Of a DNA stretch of 64,000 nt, positions 27,108 to 37,812 are shown in pieces. The stretch lies in assembly GCA_963806225.1 (NCBI GenBank), contig CAWDXG010000001.1, forward strand, positions 640,001-704,000. The letters run 5' to 3'. The DNA is from an uncultured delta proteobacterium. Lineage in GTDB: Bacteria > Myxococcota_A > Polyangia > Polyangiales > Polyangiaceae. The notes under the pieces were generated by a model. That model had not been told where the DNA came from and did no database searches. It worked only from the letters and a program-made list of their open reading frames with translations. Both the position numbers and the translations under genes were made by a program. How positions within the stretch are numbered: position 1 is the stretch's first letter; each line of letters begins with the position of its first letter.

Positions 27108-29207
27108 ATGCGGAAGATTGCACCCTTCATCCCGCTCACCGCCGTCGTGGCGCTGGCCGCAAGCTGCGCCCAGCCCGCCCCGCCGCCTGTCGCGCCCCCC
27201 GCTGCCAGCGCCAAGCTGGCCGCGCCGCCCGGTCCCAAGGTGGAGAAGGTGTCGCTCGAGTCGGTGGGTCTCGACGGATCGGCGCTCGATCGCAGCGTCG
27301 ACCCCTGCCAGGACTTCTACCAGTTCGCGTGCGGCAACTGGATCAAGAACACGAAGATCCCCGGTGACAAGTCGCGCTGGGTGCGCAGCTTCAACGTGAT
27401 CCACAAGAAGAACGAGCTGGTCCTCAGGAAGATCCTCGAGAACGCCGAGAAGAGCGGCAAGAACGAGAACGCGTCGCTGAACAAGATCGGCGACTACTAC
27501 TCCGCGTGCATGGACGAGAAGGCGGTGGACAAGGCCGGGCTCACGCCAATCAAGCCGCTGCTCGACAAGGCCAAGCACCTGTACAACCCGAAGGCCATCT
27601 CCGCGTTCGTAACGGAGCTGCACAAGGACGGGATCTGGGCGCTGTTCGACGTGTCGTCGGACCAGGACTTCAAGGACGCCACCCGTTACATCGCGTACCT
27701 GGATCAGGATGGTCTGGGGCTTCCGGATCGCGACTACTACACGAAGCAGGACGACAAATCGAAGGAGATCCGCAAGAAGTACCAGGAGCACGTCGCGGCG
27801 ATGATGAAGCTCGCGGGCTGGAACAAGCGCGCCGCCGACCAGGCCTCCAAGGACGTGATGGAGGTGGAAACGGATCTGGCGAAGATCAGCAAGACGAAGG
27901 TCGAGCGTCGCGATCCGAAGAGCCTGTACAACCCGGTCGACCGCAAGGGCGTCGAGAAGCTCGCTTCGCACTTCGAGTGGAACCGCTACTTCGAGGGGCT
28001 CGGCTTCCCGAAGATCAAGGACATCAACGTCACCAGCAAGAAGTTCTTCTCCGGTATGGATGAGCTTCTGGGCAAGGTGAGCATGCCCAAGTGGCAGAAC
28101 TACTTCGCCTGGCAGATCATCAACGCCACAGCCGATGCGCTGCCGAAGAAGTTCGTCGACGAGAACTTCAAGATGCGTCAGGTGCTCACCGGCCAGAAGG
28201 AACAGCGCCCGCGCTGGAAGCGTTGCGTGGCATCCACCGATGCCGAGCTGGGCGAGCTGCTCGCACAGCCGTTCGTCAAGCAGCGCTTCGGCGGCGACAG
28301 CAAGGCTTTCGCACTGAAGCTCGTCCACGCGATCGGCAAGGCGTTCGAAAAGGACGTGCAGACGCTCGACTGGATGGATCCAGCGACCAAGCAGCGCGCG
28401 CGGGAGAAGTTCGAGGCGATGGCCTACCTCATCGGCTATCCGGACAAGTGGAAGGAATACAAGTTCAAGGTCGACCCCCACGACTACGCGGGCAACCTGC
28501 TGCGCGGCCAGGCCTGGGAAGTCCAGCGCCAGCTCCAGAAGATCGGCAAGCCGGTCGACCGCGGCGAGTGGGAGATGACGCCCCCGACCGTGAACGCGTA
28601 CTACACCGCGCAGAAGAACCAGATGGTGTTCCCGGCCGGCATCCTCCAGCCGCCCTTCTACGACGTGAAGGCGACCATCCCGGTCAACCTCGGCGCCATG
28701 GGCATGGTGGTCGGGCACGAGCTGACGCACGGCTTCGACGACGAGGGCTCGCAGTTCGACAAGAAGGGCAACCTCGAGGACTGGTGGACCCCCGAGGTGA
28801 AGAAGCAGTTCAAGGCGAAGACGGGCTGCATCGTCCAGCAGTACGGCAAGTTCGAGTCGATTCCGGGCGTGCACGTGAACGGCAAGCTCACGCTGGGCGA
28901 GAACATCGCCGACAACGGCGGCATCAAGCTCGCCTACAACGCCTACAAGGCGCTGCGCGCCGGGGCGAAGACGGTCAAGGTCGCCGACGGTTTCAGCGAG
29001 GACCAGCAGTTCTTCCTGGCCACCGGGCAGATCTGGTGCAGCAAGCAACACGCGGCGATCGCGCGCATGCTGGCCCAGGTGGATCCGCACTCGCCCCCGC
29101 ACTACCGCGTCGATGGCTCACTCTCGAATCTGCCCGCGTTCGCCAAGGCCTTCTCCTGCAAGGCCGGCACGCCGATGCACCCCGAGAACGCCTGCTCCGT
29201 CTGGTAG
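27108..29207 (+). CDS. M13 family (neprilysin/PepO-like) metalloendopeptidase lipoprotein
   Basis: DPCQDFYQFACG, VNAYY, HELTH, GENIAD, DPHSP motifs. Confidence 0.93.
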   Translation: MRKIAPFIPLTAVVALAASCAQPAPPPVAPPAASAKLAAPPGPKVEKVSLESVGLDGSALDRSVDPCQDFYQFACGNWIKNTKIPGDKSRWVRSFNVIHKKNELVLRKILENAEKSGKNENASLNKIGDYYSACMDEKAVDKAGLTPIKPLLDKAKHLYNPKAISAFVTELHKDGIWALFDVSSDQDFKDATRYIAYLDQDGLGLPDRDYYTKQDDKSKEIRKKYQEHVAAMMKLAGWNKRAADQASKDVMEVETDLAKISKTKVERRDPKSLYNPVDRKGVEKLASHFEWNRYFEGLGFPKIKDINVTSKKFFSGMDELLGKVSMPKWQNYFAWQIINATADALPKKFVDENFKMRQVLTGQKEQRPRWKRCVASTDAELGELLAQPFVKQRFGGDSKAFALKLVHAIGKAFEKDVQTLDWMDPATKQRAREKFEAMAYLIGYPDKWKEYKFKVDPHDYAGNLLRGQAWEVQRQLQKIGKPVDRGEWEMTPPTVNAYYTAQKNQMVFPAGILQPPFYDVKATIPVNLGAMGMVVGHELTHGFDDEGSQFDKKGNLEDWWTPEVKKQFKAKTGCIVQQYGKFESIPGVHVNGKLTLGENIADNGGIKLAYNAYKALRAGAKTVKVADGFSEDQQFFLATGQIWCSKQHAAIARMLAQVDPHSPPHYRVDGSLSNLPAFAKAFSCKAGTPMHPENACSVW

Positions 29208-29321
29208 GGCTCGGCTACATCCCACCCGCCCACTCGGGAAAATCCCGCGCCCGCTCGCCATGCGGGCGTCGCGGCCTTATGTTTGGGTGGCCGGGGTCGC
29301 TTTCCGTCCCGGCGGTTCCGG

Positions 29322-30470
29322 ATGAAGTGGTCTTTGCGCATCGCCCGCGTTTCGGGCATCGACATCAAGGTGCACGCGAGCTTCCTGCTCGTGGTGGTGT
29401 ACTTCGCCGCGATGTTCGGCTCGCCGCACGGGCTGTTGGGCGCTGCGTTCGGCACGGCCGTGGTGCTCACGCTGTTTGCCTGCGTCGTGCTGCACGAGCT
29501 CGGTCACAGCCTGGTGGCGCAGCGCTTCGGAGTGAGCGTGCGGGAGATCATCCTGCTGCCCATCGGCGGGCTGGCCCGGCTGGGGCGCGAGCCGTCGCGC
29601 CCGTTCGACGAGCTGGTCATTGCGGTGGCCGGGCCGCTGGTCAACGTCGTCATCGCGGTGGCGCTCATGGGGGTGGCGATTGCGCTGTATGGGCCGTCGA
29701 TGCTGTTCAGTCGCCAGTTCTTCGACTCGGCGCTGGGGCCGCCGTCGTTCACCGGCCTTCTGAGCTCGCTCTTGTGGGCGAACGTTGCGCTCGCCGTTTT
29801 CAACATGATCCCGGCGCTGCCGATGGATGGCGGCCGCGTGTTCCGTGCGCTGCTCGCCATGGTCGTCGGCAAGCCGAAGGCGACGCGCATCGCGGCGACG
29901 GTCGGCCAGCTTCTGGCGGCGGGGCTGGCGGTGATCGGCATCTACGTGGGCAATCTGATCCTGGCGTTGATCGCGGCCTTCGTGTTCCTCGGTGCCAGCC
30001 AGGAGCGGGTGAACTCGCAGGTGACCGAGGCAGTGCGCGGGCTGTCGGCCGGCGAGGTGTGCGATCCCAACGCGATCACGCTGGTGCCGGGCGACATGGT
30101 CGGCTCGGCGGTGGATCATCTGCTGCGCACTCCGCAGGGGCACTTCGCCGTCGTGCACGGTGACCATCTGGTGGGCACGCTGTCGCGCGACGAGGTGCTG
30201 GCGGCGGCCGGAGCCGTGGGGCTCGGCGCGTTCGTGGCCGGGGTCATGCGGCGTGACGTTGTGCAGATCGACGCCGGCGTACCGATGGACGAGTTGCGCC
30301 ACATGTTCATGGAGCTCGGGGGTCGTCCCGTCGCGGTGTTCGGGCCTCACGGGTTCATGGGACTGCTCGGCTACGAAGATGTGTCGCGCATCGCCTCCCT
30401 CGCAGCCGCCCTGGAACGCCGCGGCGTCGTGCGCCCCGCCGTCGCGCGTCCGGACGTGCCGACAATCTAG
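29322..30470 (+). CDS. Site-2 protease (M50) with a CBS pair
   Basis: HELGH, AGPLVN, FNMIPALPMDGG, C-terminal CBS domains. Confidence 0.9.
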   Translation: MKWSLRIARVSGIDIKVHASFLLVVVYFAAMFGSPHGLLGAAFGTAVVLTLFACVVLHELGHSLVAQRFGVSVREIILLPIGGLARLGREPSRPFDELVIAVAGPLVNVVIAVALMGVAIALYGPSMLFSRQFFDSALGPPSFTGLLSSLLWANVALAVFNMIPALPMDGGRVFRALLAMVVGKPKATRIAATVGQLLAAGLAVIGIYVGNLILALIAAFVFLGASQERVNSQVTEAVRGLSAGEVCDPNAITLVPGDMVGSAVDHLLRTPQGHFAVVHGDHLVGTLSRDEVLAAAGAVGLGAFVAGVMRRDVVQIDAGVPMDELRHMFMELGGRPVAVFGPHGFMGLLGYEDVSRIASLAAALERRGVVRPAVARPDVPTI

Positions 30471-30530
30471 CGCACATCGCGTTTCGTCCCCGCGTTGCGC
30501 TCCAGGGCGGTAGAACCCCGTGGAGGCGCG

Positions 30531-31352
30531 TCAGCGACGCCAGCGCGGATCGGGCGCCACCTGCAGGCGTGCCACGACCGGCAGATGATCGGAGTGGCCG
30601 GCGTGGATGACCCGGGCATCGAGCGGCATGAAGGCGCGGTCGAACAGGACGTGGTCGAGCATCTGGCGCAGTTCCCAGGCCAGGAGCCGGTGCCGCCAGG
30701 TGTGCGCGCCGGGATGGAATAGCGGCAGCGCATCGCGGTAGCCGCGTGCTTCGAGCCAGCCGACAGCTGCGCCGTCCGCCGCCTCGTTGAAGTCGCCGAC
30801 GACCAGCGTCGGCCGGTCCAGGGTGGACCAACGCGAGAAATCCTTGATCTCGTCGAGATGATCGGCGCGCAGGGTCAAGAGCGCGGTCAGATCATCGACG
30901 CGCCCGCTCAGCTTGGCGCGCAGGTGGACGAGCAGGATCTGGACCGGACCGCTCGGTGTCTCGACCTCGACATGCCAGGCTGGATGCCATCCGTTGGGTC
31001 CGGGGTGATGTCCGCGGTCGACCACCGGAAATCTCGACAGCACGGCCAGCCCGGCGGCGCCGGTGTCCGGAGCGTTGTGCCGGTAGAGCTGGTAGGGGTA
31101 GCGGCGGGCGTAGCGGGGCCGGAGCGCGGCTTCGTACTCCGGTGTGGTCTCCTGCAGGCAGACGATGTCCGCGTCGCCGGCCCCGACGGCTTCGATGATG
31201 CTCCGGTCGTGGTGCTTGCCGCACTCGACGTTGTAGCTCTCCACCGAGTACGAGGTGGAGCCCGGGGCCGGCGCGCGCGGCGCGAGCCCGGTGCTCGCGC
31301 ACGCGCACAGCATCAGCGCTGCGAGCAGAGCCAGTCCGGTGGTTTTCCGCAC
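30531..31352 (-). CDS. Endonuclease/exonuclease/phosphatase family lipoprotein
   Basis: SYNV, LQE, GDFN, LDH, SDHLP motifs. Confidence 0.85.
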   Translation of the reverse strand: MRKTTGLALLAALMLCACASTGLAPRAPAPGSTSYSVESYNVECGKHHDRSIIEAVGAGDADIVCLQETTPEYEAALRPRYARRYPYQLYRHNAPDTGAAGLAVLSRFPVVDRGHHPGPNGWHPAWHVEVETPSGPVQILLVHLRAKLSGRVDDLTALLTLRADHLDEIKDFSRWSTLDRPTLVVGDFNEAADGAAVGWLEARGYRDALPLFHPGAHTWRHRLLAWELRQMLDHVLFDRAFMPLDARVIHAGHSDHLPVVARLQVAPDPRWRR

Positions 31353-31392
31353 GCCCGGAAGTCTTGCACCGGGCGTGGAGCGGGCAAGGCCG

Positions 31393-32319
31393 CTACCCGT
31401 CCTGCGTGATGATGTCGACGAGCTCGTCGAGCGTGGCTTCGGCCTTGTCGTTGTCGACCTGGCAAGTGCCCGCTGCGACGTGCCCGCCACCGCCGAACGT
31501 GAGCATCAGCTCGCCGATGTCCGTGCGCGAACCGCGATCGAAGATCGACTTGCCGACGGCGAAGACCGTGTTCTGCTTCTGTTTGCCCCAGAGCACGTGG
31601 ACCGAGATGTTGCACTGCGGGTACATGGCGTAGATCATGAAGCGGTTGCCCGCCCAGATCGTCTCCTCGTTCCTGAGGTCGAGGACGACGAGATTCTGGT
31701 GCACCGTCGCACAGCGCTCGATCTGCGCCTTGAACCTCTCCTGGTGCTCCATGTACAGGTCCACGCGTTCCTTCACGTCGGGAAGCTCGAGGATCTGCTC
31801 GATGGTGTGCTCACGGCACGCGTCGATCAGAGCCATCATGAGATCGTAGTTCGAGATCCGGAACTGACGGAAGCGACCCAGCCCGGTGCGGGCATCCATC
31901 AGGAAGTTCAACAGCGCCCATCCTTTCGGGTCGAGCACGTCCTCCCGCTCGTACTGGGCCGAGTCGCCCTGATCGACGGCGACCATCATGTCCTCGCGAA
32001 CGTTCGGGAACTTCGCCTTCCCGCCGTAGTAGTCGAAGACGACGCGCGCCGCCGAAGGAGCTTTCGGGTCGCATACGTAGTTGTCCGGCTTGCCGACACG
32101 CAGCACTTCGCTGTGGTGGTGGTCGAATGCGAGGTGCACTGCCGGGACGTACGGCAGGTTGGTCGAGATGTCGCGCGCGGTGATCTCGATCTTGCCGTCC
32201 TGCATGTCCTTGGGATGCACGAACAGGATGTCGTCGATCAGGTCCAGCTCCTTGAGCAGGACCGCGCACACCAACCCATCGAAATCGCTTCGCGTCACCA
32301 AGCGGTATTTATCAGCCAT
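31393..32319 (-). CDS. DHH family phosphoesterase (often annotated exopolyphosphatase or nanoRNase)
   Basis: RSDFDG, FDHH, GGGH motifs. Confidence 0.85.
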   Translation of the reverse strand: MADKYRLVTRSDFDGLVCAVLLKELDLIDDILFVHPKDMQDGKIEITARDISTNLPYVPAVHLAFDHHHSEVLRVGKPDNYVCDPKAPSAARVVFDYYGGKAKFPNVREDMMVAVDQGDSAQYEREDVLDPKGWALLNFLMDARTGLGRFRQFRISNYDLMMALIDACREHTIEQILELPDVKERVDLYMEHQERFKAQIERCATVHQNLVVLDLRNEETIWAGNRFMIYAMYPQCNISVHVLWGKQKQNTVFAVGKSIFDRGSRTDIGELMLTFGGGGHVAAGTCQVDNDKAEATLDELVDIITQDG

Positions 32320-32420
32320 CCCGCTTTTCTACATGAGTGCGAGAGCGGATACCATGGGTTTTCCGGGCTGGAGCGAGCCCGCTCGACGTCCGGTTCGCGC
32401 GCGCGTGGTACTCTGTCGGC

Positions 32421-33455
32421 GTGTCCGGGCACTCACGAGGGGTGGCCGCCGGCGTCGTGCTCGCGTTCGCGTTGGTTGCCTGCAGCGGGTCGGTGTTGCA
32501 GCGCGGTACCGACGCTGGCGCGGGGAGCGACGGGGCAAACGGCGCGGCGGGATCCGCCGCGGGCGGTGCGGGGCAGGGCGGTTCTGCCGGGGCGGATGCC
32601 GGCAGCGCCGGACAGGGGAGCGGAGGAAAAGACGGCGGCGCCGTGGATGCGGCGACCGCGTGCGCACAGTATGCGGACGCCTACTGCGTGCTCAAGCTCA
32701 TGTGCGAGCCGTTCTTCGCGAACTGGCAGTGGAGCTCGGACGCACAGCGTTGCCGCGACGTGACCCGCCGCTGGTGCCGGCTCAGCCTCCAGACGGACGG
32801 CTCGAACACCACGGCGGCGTGGTTCGCGGATCGCGCGGCGAAGCTGGACGCGATGTCGTGCAGCGAGCGGCTCTACACCGCGGCAGGTTACTTCGCCAAC
32901 GCTCATCCGCCCGGTGCGCGTGCCGACGGCGCTCCCTGCATCATCGGCGCACAGTGCGCAGCAGGCTATTGCGTGACCCCAGTCGGAGACGCGTGCGGGA
33001 CCTGCTACAGCTTCTCCAAGCCGGGCGGAGCGTGCCAGAGCACCTCGAATTGCACTCCTGGTTGCCGGTGCGTCGCGGGCAGTTGCGCGCTTCCGGCGGA
33101 AATCGCTCACGCTTGCGACGCCGGCAATCCCTGCATGCAGGGCCTCACGTGCACCGGCGGCACCTGCCAGATCACGCCTTCCGGCGGCCCCTGCCCGACG
33201 GGCTGGGAATGCGGCGGCACCATCAACGGCGAGTTCTGCAGTGGCGGCACCTGCCAGCCGACGTCGCTCGGGCAGCCCGGCGCCCTTTGCACCAGCGCCG
33301 CGCCCTACTGCCCCGGCGGGGGCTACTGCTCCGGCACTACCTGCCCGGCTCTGCCCGTCCTCGCCGGCAAAGCGTGCACGGGCACCGCGGATTGCGAGGA
33401 CCTCACGTACTGCGACAACGGCAACTGCACCGAGCTGCCGAACGGCTGCCCGTGA
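32421..33455 (+). CDS. Cys-rich lipoprotein (Dickkopf/EB-like modules)
   Basis: Extended -10 then GTG 32421, lipobox LVAC, GxxC....C..G..C repeats. Confidence 0.7.
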   Translation: MSGHSRGVAAGVVLAFALVACSGSVLQRGTDAGAGSDGANGAAGSAAGGAGQGGSAGADAGSAGQGSGGKDGGAVDAATACAQYADAYCVLKLMCEPFFANWQWSSDAQRCRDVTRRWCRLSLQTDGSNTTAAWFADRAAKLDAMSCSERLYTAAGYFANAHPPGARADGAPCIIGAQCAAGYCVTPVGDACGTCYSFSKPGGACQSTSNCTPGCRCVAGSCALPAEIAHACDAGNPCMQGLTCTGGTCQITPSGGPCPTGWECGGTINGEFCSGGTCQPTSLGQPGALCTSAAPYCPGGGYCSGTTCPALPVLAGKACTGTADCEDLTYCDNGNCTELPNGCP

Positions 33456-33469
33456 GCGCGCAGCGTTGT

Positions 33470-34417
33470 TCAGCTCCGTTGCGCCTTGTGACGGCGCTTT
33501 CCGACTGAAAACGCCACGCCCTGGGCGTTCAGGTCGATATCCGTCTCCAGCAGCTCGCGTGCGGCCCGGTCGTCGCCGAGGCCGTGCTCCGCGAGCAGCT
33601 CGTCGAACAGGGCGCGGATGCGCTTCTGGCAGAGCGCGTCGAGCGCGTCGCCTTCGAGGTCCGACGCGAAGGCCTCGTCCGCCAGCGCGCCGTAGACGTC
33701 GAGCTGGCGGTGGAGCTGGGCGGCGATGGCCTCGAGCTCGCGCTGCTCGCCGAAGTGGGTCAGGAACGCGCGCTCGGCGCCGGTGGCGAGGATGCGGTCG
33801 AGGGCCCGCTTGGCCTCGGCCGCATCGAAGTCGGTCGGCGAGGTGGACGGGATGGCGAACAGCCCGCGGCGCTGCAGCTCCGGATACACGAGGCCGAACG
33901 AGTCGCCGGTGAAGATGCCGTCCGAGCCCGAGTCGAGAACGCAGAAGTGGTGGTTGGCGTGGCCGCGGGTATGCAGGAACGTGAGCGTGCGCTGCCCGAA
34001 CGAAAGCGTCTCGTTGTCCTGCATGATGCGCACGCGCTCGCCGGGTACGGGGCGGATCTCGCCGTACATCTCGCGGAACGGCTGCTCGCCGTACACTGCC
34101 TGCGCGCTCTTGACGAGCTTCTGCGGGTCGATGACGTGCGGTGCCGCGCGTGGGTGGGCGAGCAGCGTGGCGCCCGGACAGGCGTCCATCAGCGCCGAGG
34201 CGCCCCCGGCATGGTCGAGGTGCACGTGCGTGATGATGACGTACTCGACCGCCTCCGGACCGAGACCCTCCGCCTCGAGCGCGGAGAGCAGTCTGGGCAG
34301 CGAGCGGTTCGTGTTGGTCTCGACGAACGCGGCGCGGTCGCCCTCGCGCATCAGGTAGGCGGCCGCGAAGCCGTCGCGGTTCATGTAGCCGGTGTCGATG
34401 GTCTGGATCTTGCTCAT
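33470..34417 (-). CDS. MBL-fold metallo-hydrolase
   Basis: THVHLDHAGG, GHANHH, TGD, THFG motifs. Confidence 0.88.
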   Translation of the reverse strand: MSKIQTIDTGYMNRDGFAAAYLMREGDRAAFVETNTNRSLPRLLSALEAEGLGPEAVEYVIITHVHLDHAGGASALMDACPGATLLAHPRAAPHVIDPQKLVKSAQAVYGEQPFREMYGEIRPVPGERVRIMQDNETLSFGQRTLTFLHTRGHANHHFCVLDSGSDGIFTGDSFGLVYPELQRRGLFAIPSTSPTDFDAAEAKRALDRILATGAERAFLTHFGEQRELEAIAAQLHRQLDVYGALADEAFASDLEGDALDALCQKRIRALFDELLAEHGLGDDRAARELLETDIDLNAQGVAFSVGKRRHKAQRS

Positions 34418-34696
34418 CGTCTCTTCTGGTGTTGCTTCGGGCGCTTCAGGCGCTCGGCGCGGTAGCGCCCGCCAAATAGTCGGCCCGCGAGTGCCATTCT
34501 GGACCGTGACTATCGGCTGGCAGCAGCACCCAGGCAAGCGTCTCGCCGGCCCGGCTCGATGGCGCGAAGGGCCTGATGACCCCGAAAAAGCCGCCCTGGG
34601 GCTGCGTCGGGGTTTTCGTCTTGCTGCGTGTGCCCCACCCGAGCGAGAAGGGCAGGTGGCGCGCTGGGGTGCGCCGTTTCTTTCGACGGACAAGGC

Positions 34697-36331
34697 ATGG
34701 CCAAAAAAGCCGACGAGCCCGGGAGCGAAAGCTCCAGCAAACACATGATCCCCACCACCCAGGGGCCCGCCGAGGACTTCGAGCCGGCGTCGCCCGAAAC
34801 GGTGGAGGCCGAGGGCGACATGCACGCCCTGGTCGATGTCGAGCAGCTCGGCCTGTTCGCCGCGATCGCGTCGCTCAGCTACGTGTTCTGGATCTGCGGC
34901 GGCATGGAGATGGTCGAGCGTCTCGCCTACTACGGCGTGAAGGCGGTCGCGACGCTCTACGCCAAGGACCCGGTCAGCAAGGGCGGGCTCGGTATCACGC
35001 TCACGTCGTTCGGCGTCATCCTGCTGGTCTGGGCGCTGGTGCAGACGGTCGTCCCTGTGTTCACCGGCGGCCTGTCCGACCGCTACGGCTACAAGGAGAC
35101 CATCTTCGTCTCGACCATCGTCAAGATCTCCGGCTACGTGACGATGGGGCTGTTCCCGACGTTCTGGGGCTTCTTCGCGGGTGCGATCCTGCTCGCCACC
35201 GGCACGGCGATCTTCAAGCCCGGTATCCAGGGCACGCTGGTCAAGGCGACCAGCCGCAAGAACAGCTCGATGGCCTGGGGCGTGTTCTACCAGACGGTGA
35301 ACATCGGCGGCTATCTGGGGCCGCTCGTGGCCGGCTTCATGCGCAAGATGGAATGGAAGTATGTCTTCTTCGCCTGCGCCGGCATCATCTGTTTCAACTT
35401 CCTGTTCTTGCTCATGTACAAGGAGCCGGACAAGGAAGAGCGCATCGCGCGCAACAAGCTCTACAAAGAGGGCAAGAAGAAGCGTGACAGCTTGTGGCTC
35501 GAGTCACTGAAGGAGCTGAAGAAGAAGCACGTCTGGACGTACCTGGCGATCTTCAGCGGCTTCTGGTTCATGTTCAACGCGCTCTTCGACGTCCTCCCCG
35601 CGCACATCGACGACTGGGTCAACACGCACGAGGTGGTGCGGACGCTGTTCGGCACGCACGGCACCACGAACCCGATCATCAAGTTCTTCGTGGTGATGAG
35701 CAAGGACGGCAAGCACATCCAGCCCGAGGGCATGCTCAACCTCGACGCCGGGATGATCATGGTCACCTGCTTCATCTTCGCCTGGATCAGCGGCAAGATG
35801 CGCGCGACCACGAGCATGGTCGTGGGCACGCTGCTCGCTACCGGCGCGATGTTCATGATCGGTTTCTCGGTTGCCGGCTGGACGATGGTGTTCGCCATCT
35901 TGATCTTCGCGATCGGCGAGATGCTCTCCAGCCCGAAGTTCTCCGAGTACATCGGCAACTTCGCGCCGGCCGACAAGAAGGCCATGTACCTTGGCTTCTC
36001 GCAGATCCCGCTGGCCATCGGCTGGAGCCTCGAGGGCTTCATCGGCCCCGCGCTGTATGACCATTTCGCGTCCAAGGAGCGTTTCGCGCGCGAGATGCTC
36101 ATCCAGAAGGGGATGGCAGCGAGCCAGGTGCACGCCATCAAGCAGGGCGAGGCCTTCCAGAAGCTCGTCGACTTCACGCACGACACGCCCGAGCACCTGA
36201 CGACGGTGCTCTACAACTCGCACCACGTCGGGCTGCTCTGGGTATTGCTTGGTTTCATCGGCATCGTGTCGGCTGTGGGCATCTACGTCTACGGCCGCTG
36301 GGTGATGAGTCTCGCGAAAAAGCCCTCGTAG
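34697..36331 (+). CDS. POT/PTR family MFS oligopeptide transporter
   Basis: EMVERLAYYG (ExxER motif), FKP, FYQTVNIG, GEMLSSP; multiple TM helices. Confidence 0.85.
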   Translation: MAKKADEPGSESSSKHMIPTTQGPAEDFEPASPETVEAEGDMHALVDVEQLGLFAAIASLSYVFWICGGMEMVERLAYYGVKAVATLYAKDPVSKGGLGITLTSFGVILLVWALVQTVVPVFTGGLSDRYGYKETIFVSTIVKISGYVTMGLFPTFWGFFAGAILLATGTAIFKPGIQGTLVKATSRKNSSMAWGVFYQTVNIGGYLGPLVAGFMRKMEWKYVFFACAGIICFNFLFLLMYKEPDKEERIARNKLYKEGKKKRDSLWLESLKELKKKHVWTYLAIFSGFWFMFNALFDVLPAHIDDWVNTHEVVRTLFGTHGTTNPIIKFFVVMSKDGKHIQPEGMLNLDAGMIMVTCFIFAWISGKMRATTSMVVGTLLATGAMFMIGFSVAGWTMVFAILIFAIGEMLSSPKFSEYIGNFAPADKKAMYLGFSQIPLAIGWSLEGFIGPALYDHFASKERFAREMLIQKGMAASQVHAIKQGEAFQKLVDFTHDTPEHLTTVLYNSHHVGLLWVLLGFIGIVSAVGIYVYGRWVMSLAKKPS

Positions 36332-36408
36332 AACACCCAGAAGCCCCCAGAGACCCGGCTCGCCCGCGCCGTTGACGAAGCTCGGGGGGCAGGTCAGGAT
36401 TCCGCAAC

Positions 36409-37083
36409 TTGATCACGAAGATTCTCGAAGGTCTCTCGCTCTTCATCATCGGCGTCATCGGCAAGATGGGCTACCCGGGGGTGGTGTTGCTCATGGGCAT
36501 CGAGTCCATGTGCATCCCGCTGCCGTCGGAGGTCATCATGCCCTTCGCCGGTTTCCAGGTCGCTTCCGGGCGCTTCAACGTCTGGTGGCTGGGCCTGGCC
36601 GGCGCGGTCGGCTGCGTGCTCGGATCGATTCCGGCGTACTACGCCGGCAAGTACGGCGGGCGGAAGTTCATCGAGAAGCACCTCAGGCTGAAGATCTGGA
36701 AGAACGCTGCCAAGGAGTGGTTCCTGGTGCTGCCGAAGTCCGATCTGGATCGCGCCGATCGCCTGTTCGAAAAGCACGGCGCGCCGGTGGTGTTCTTTGC
36801 GCGGCTGTTGCCGGTGGTGCGGACGTTCATCGCATTCCCGGCAGGCGTGTCGTCGATGCCGATGCGCCCCTTCATCCTCTACACCTTCATCGGCTCGTTC
36901 CCCTGGTGCCTGGGTCTGGCGTATCTGGGCACGAAGCTCGGCGCCAACTGGGCGGAGCTGAAGCCGTACTTCCACCGCTTCGACGCGGTTATCGGCCTGG
37001 TCATCGTGATCGGCGCGGTCTACTTCATCCGTCACCATCTCGAGGCGCGCCCGCGCGGGGCGGCCGAGGCGGACGGCGCGTAG
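36409..37083 (+). CDS. DedA family membrane protein
   Basis: IPLPSEVIMPFAG, RLLPVVRTFI motifs. Confidence 0.9.
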   Translation: MITKILEGLSLFIIGVIGKMGYPGVVLLMGIESMCIPLPSEVIMPFAGFQVASGRFNVWWLGLAGAVGCVLGSIPAYYAGKYGGRKFIEKHLRLKIWKNAAKEWFLVLPKSDLDRADRLFEKHGAPVVFFARLLPVVRTFIAFPAGVSSMPMRPFILYTFIGSFPWCLGLAYLGTKLGANWAELKPYFHRFDAVIGLVIVIGAVYFIRHHLEARPRGAAEADGA

Positions 37084-37116
37084 CGGATCGCGCGGCAGGT
37101 CCCCACACAGCCCGCT

Positions 37117-37812
37117 ATGAATCGCGCTCTCGACGTAGCTTCCTCCTGGACCGGCAGTGTGCTCGGCGGCACGGCGGGGCTCGTCGTCGGCCCGCTCGGT
37201 CCGCGCCCCGAACAGCCGCTCGAGCTCTACGAGTACGAGGGCTGTCCTTTCTGCCGCAAGGTGCGCGAGGCGCTGAGCATGCTCGACCTCGAGGCCCGCA
37301 TCTATCCGTGCCCGCGCGGCGGCACGCGCTTCCGGCCCGAGGTCGAACGCCGCGGTGGCAGGCCGCAGTTTCCGTACCTCGTCGATCCGAACACCGGCCG
37401 CGAGATGTACGAGTCGAACGACATCACGCGCTATCTGTACGAGACGTACGGTACCGGTCGGCGCGCGCTCTCGCTCTCGCTCGGCCCGGTCAGCACCCTC
37501 AACGCGGCACTGGTCTCCATTCCGCGACTCGGCCGCGGCTCTCGCGCCCGCCCGAACCGTGCGCCCGGACAGCCACTGGAGCTCTGGAGCTTCGAGGCGT
37601 CGCCCTACTGCCGCATCGCCCGCGAGGTGCTGTCGGAGCTGGAAATCCCCTATCTCCTGCACAACGTCGCGAAGAAGAGCCCCAGCCGAAGAGGGTTCAT
37701 CGAGCGGTCGGGGAAGATGATGGTGCCGTATCTGGCCGATCCGAACACAGGCCGGGAGATGTTCGAGTCGGCGGATATCGTAAGCTACCTCGGTGACACC
37801 TACGGCGTCTGA
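37117..37812 (+). CDS. Tandem GST N-terminal/glutaredoxin-like domain protein
   Basis: CPFC..VRE and SPYC..ARE, with a duplicated PYLxDPNTG..M.ES segment. Confidence 0.85.
   Translation: MNRALDVASSWTGSVLGGTAGLVVGPLGPRPEQPLELYEYEGCPFCRKVREALSMLDLEARIYPCPRGGTRFRPEVERRGGRPQFPYLVDPNTGREMYESNDITRYLYETYGTGRRALSLSLGPVSTLNAALVSIPRLGRGSRARPNRAPGQPLELWSFEASPYCRIAREVLSELEIPYLLHNVAKKSPSRRGFIERSGKMMVPYLADPNTGREMFESADIVSYLGDTYGV

Noticed and set aside
34574..34590. CTGATGA...GAAA hammerhead-like core
   Set aside because: No stem II between the core elements and no compatible stems I and III.
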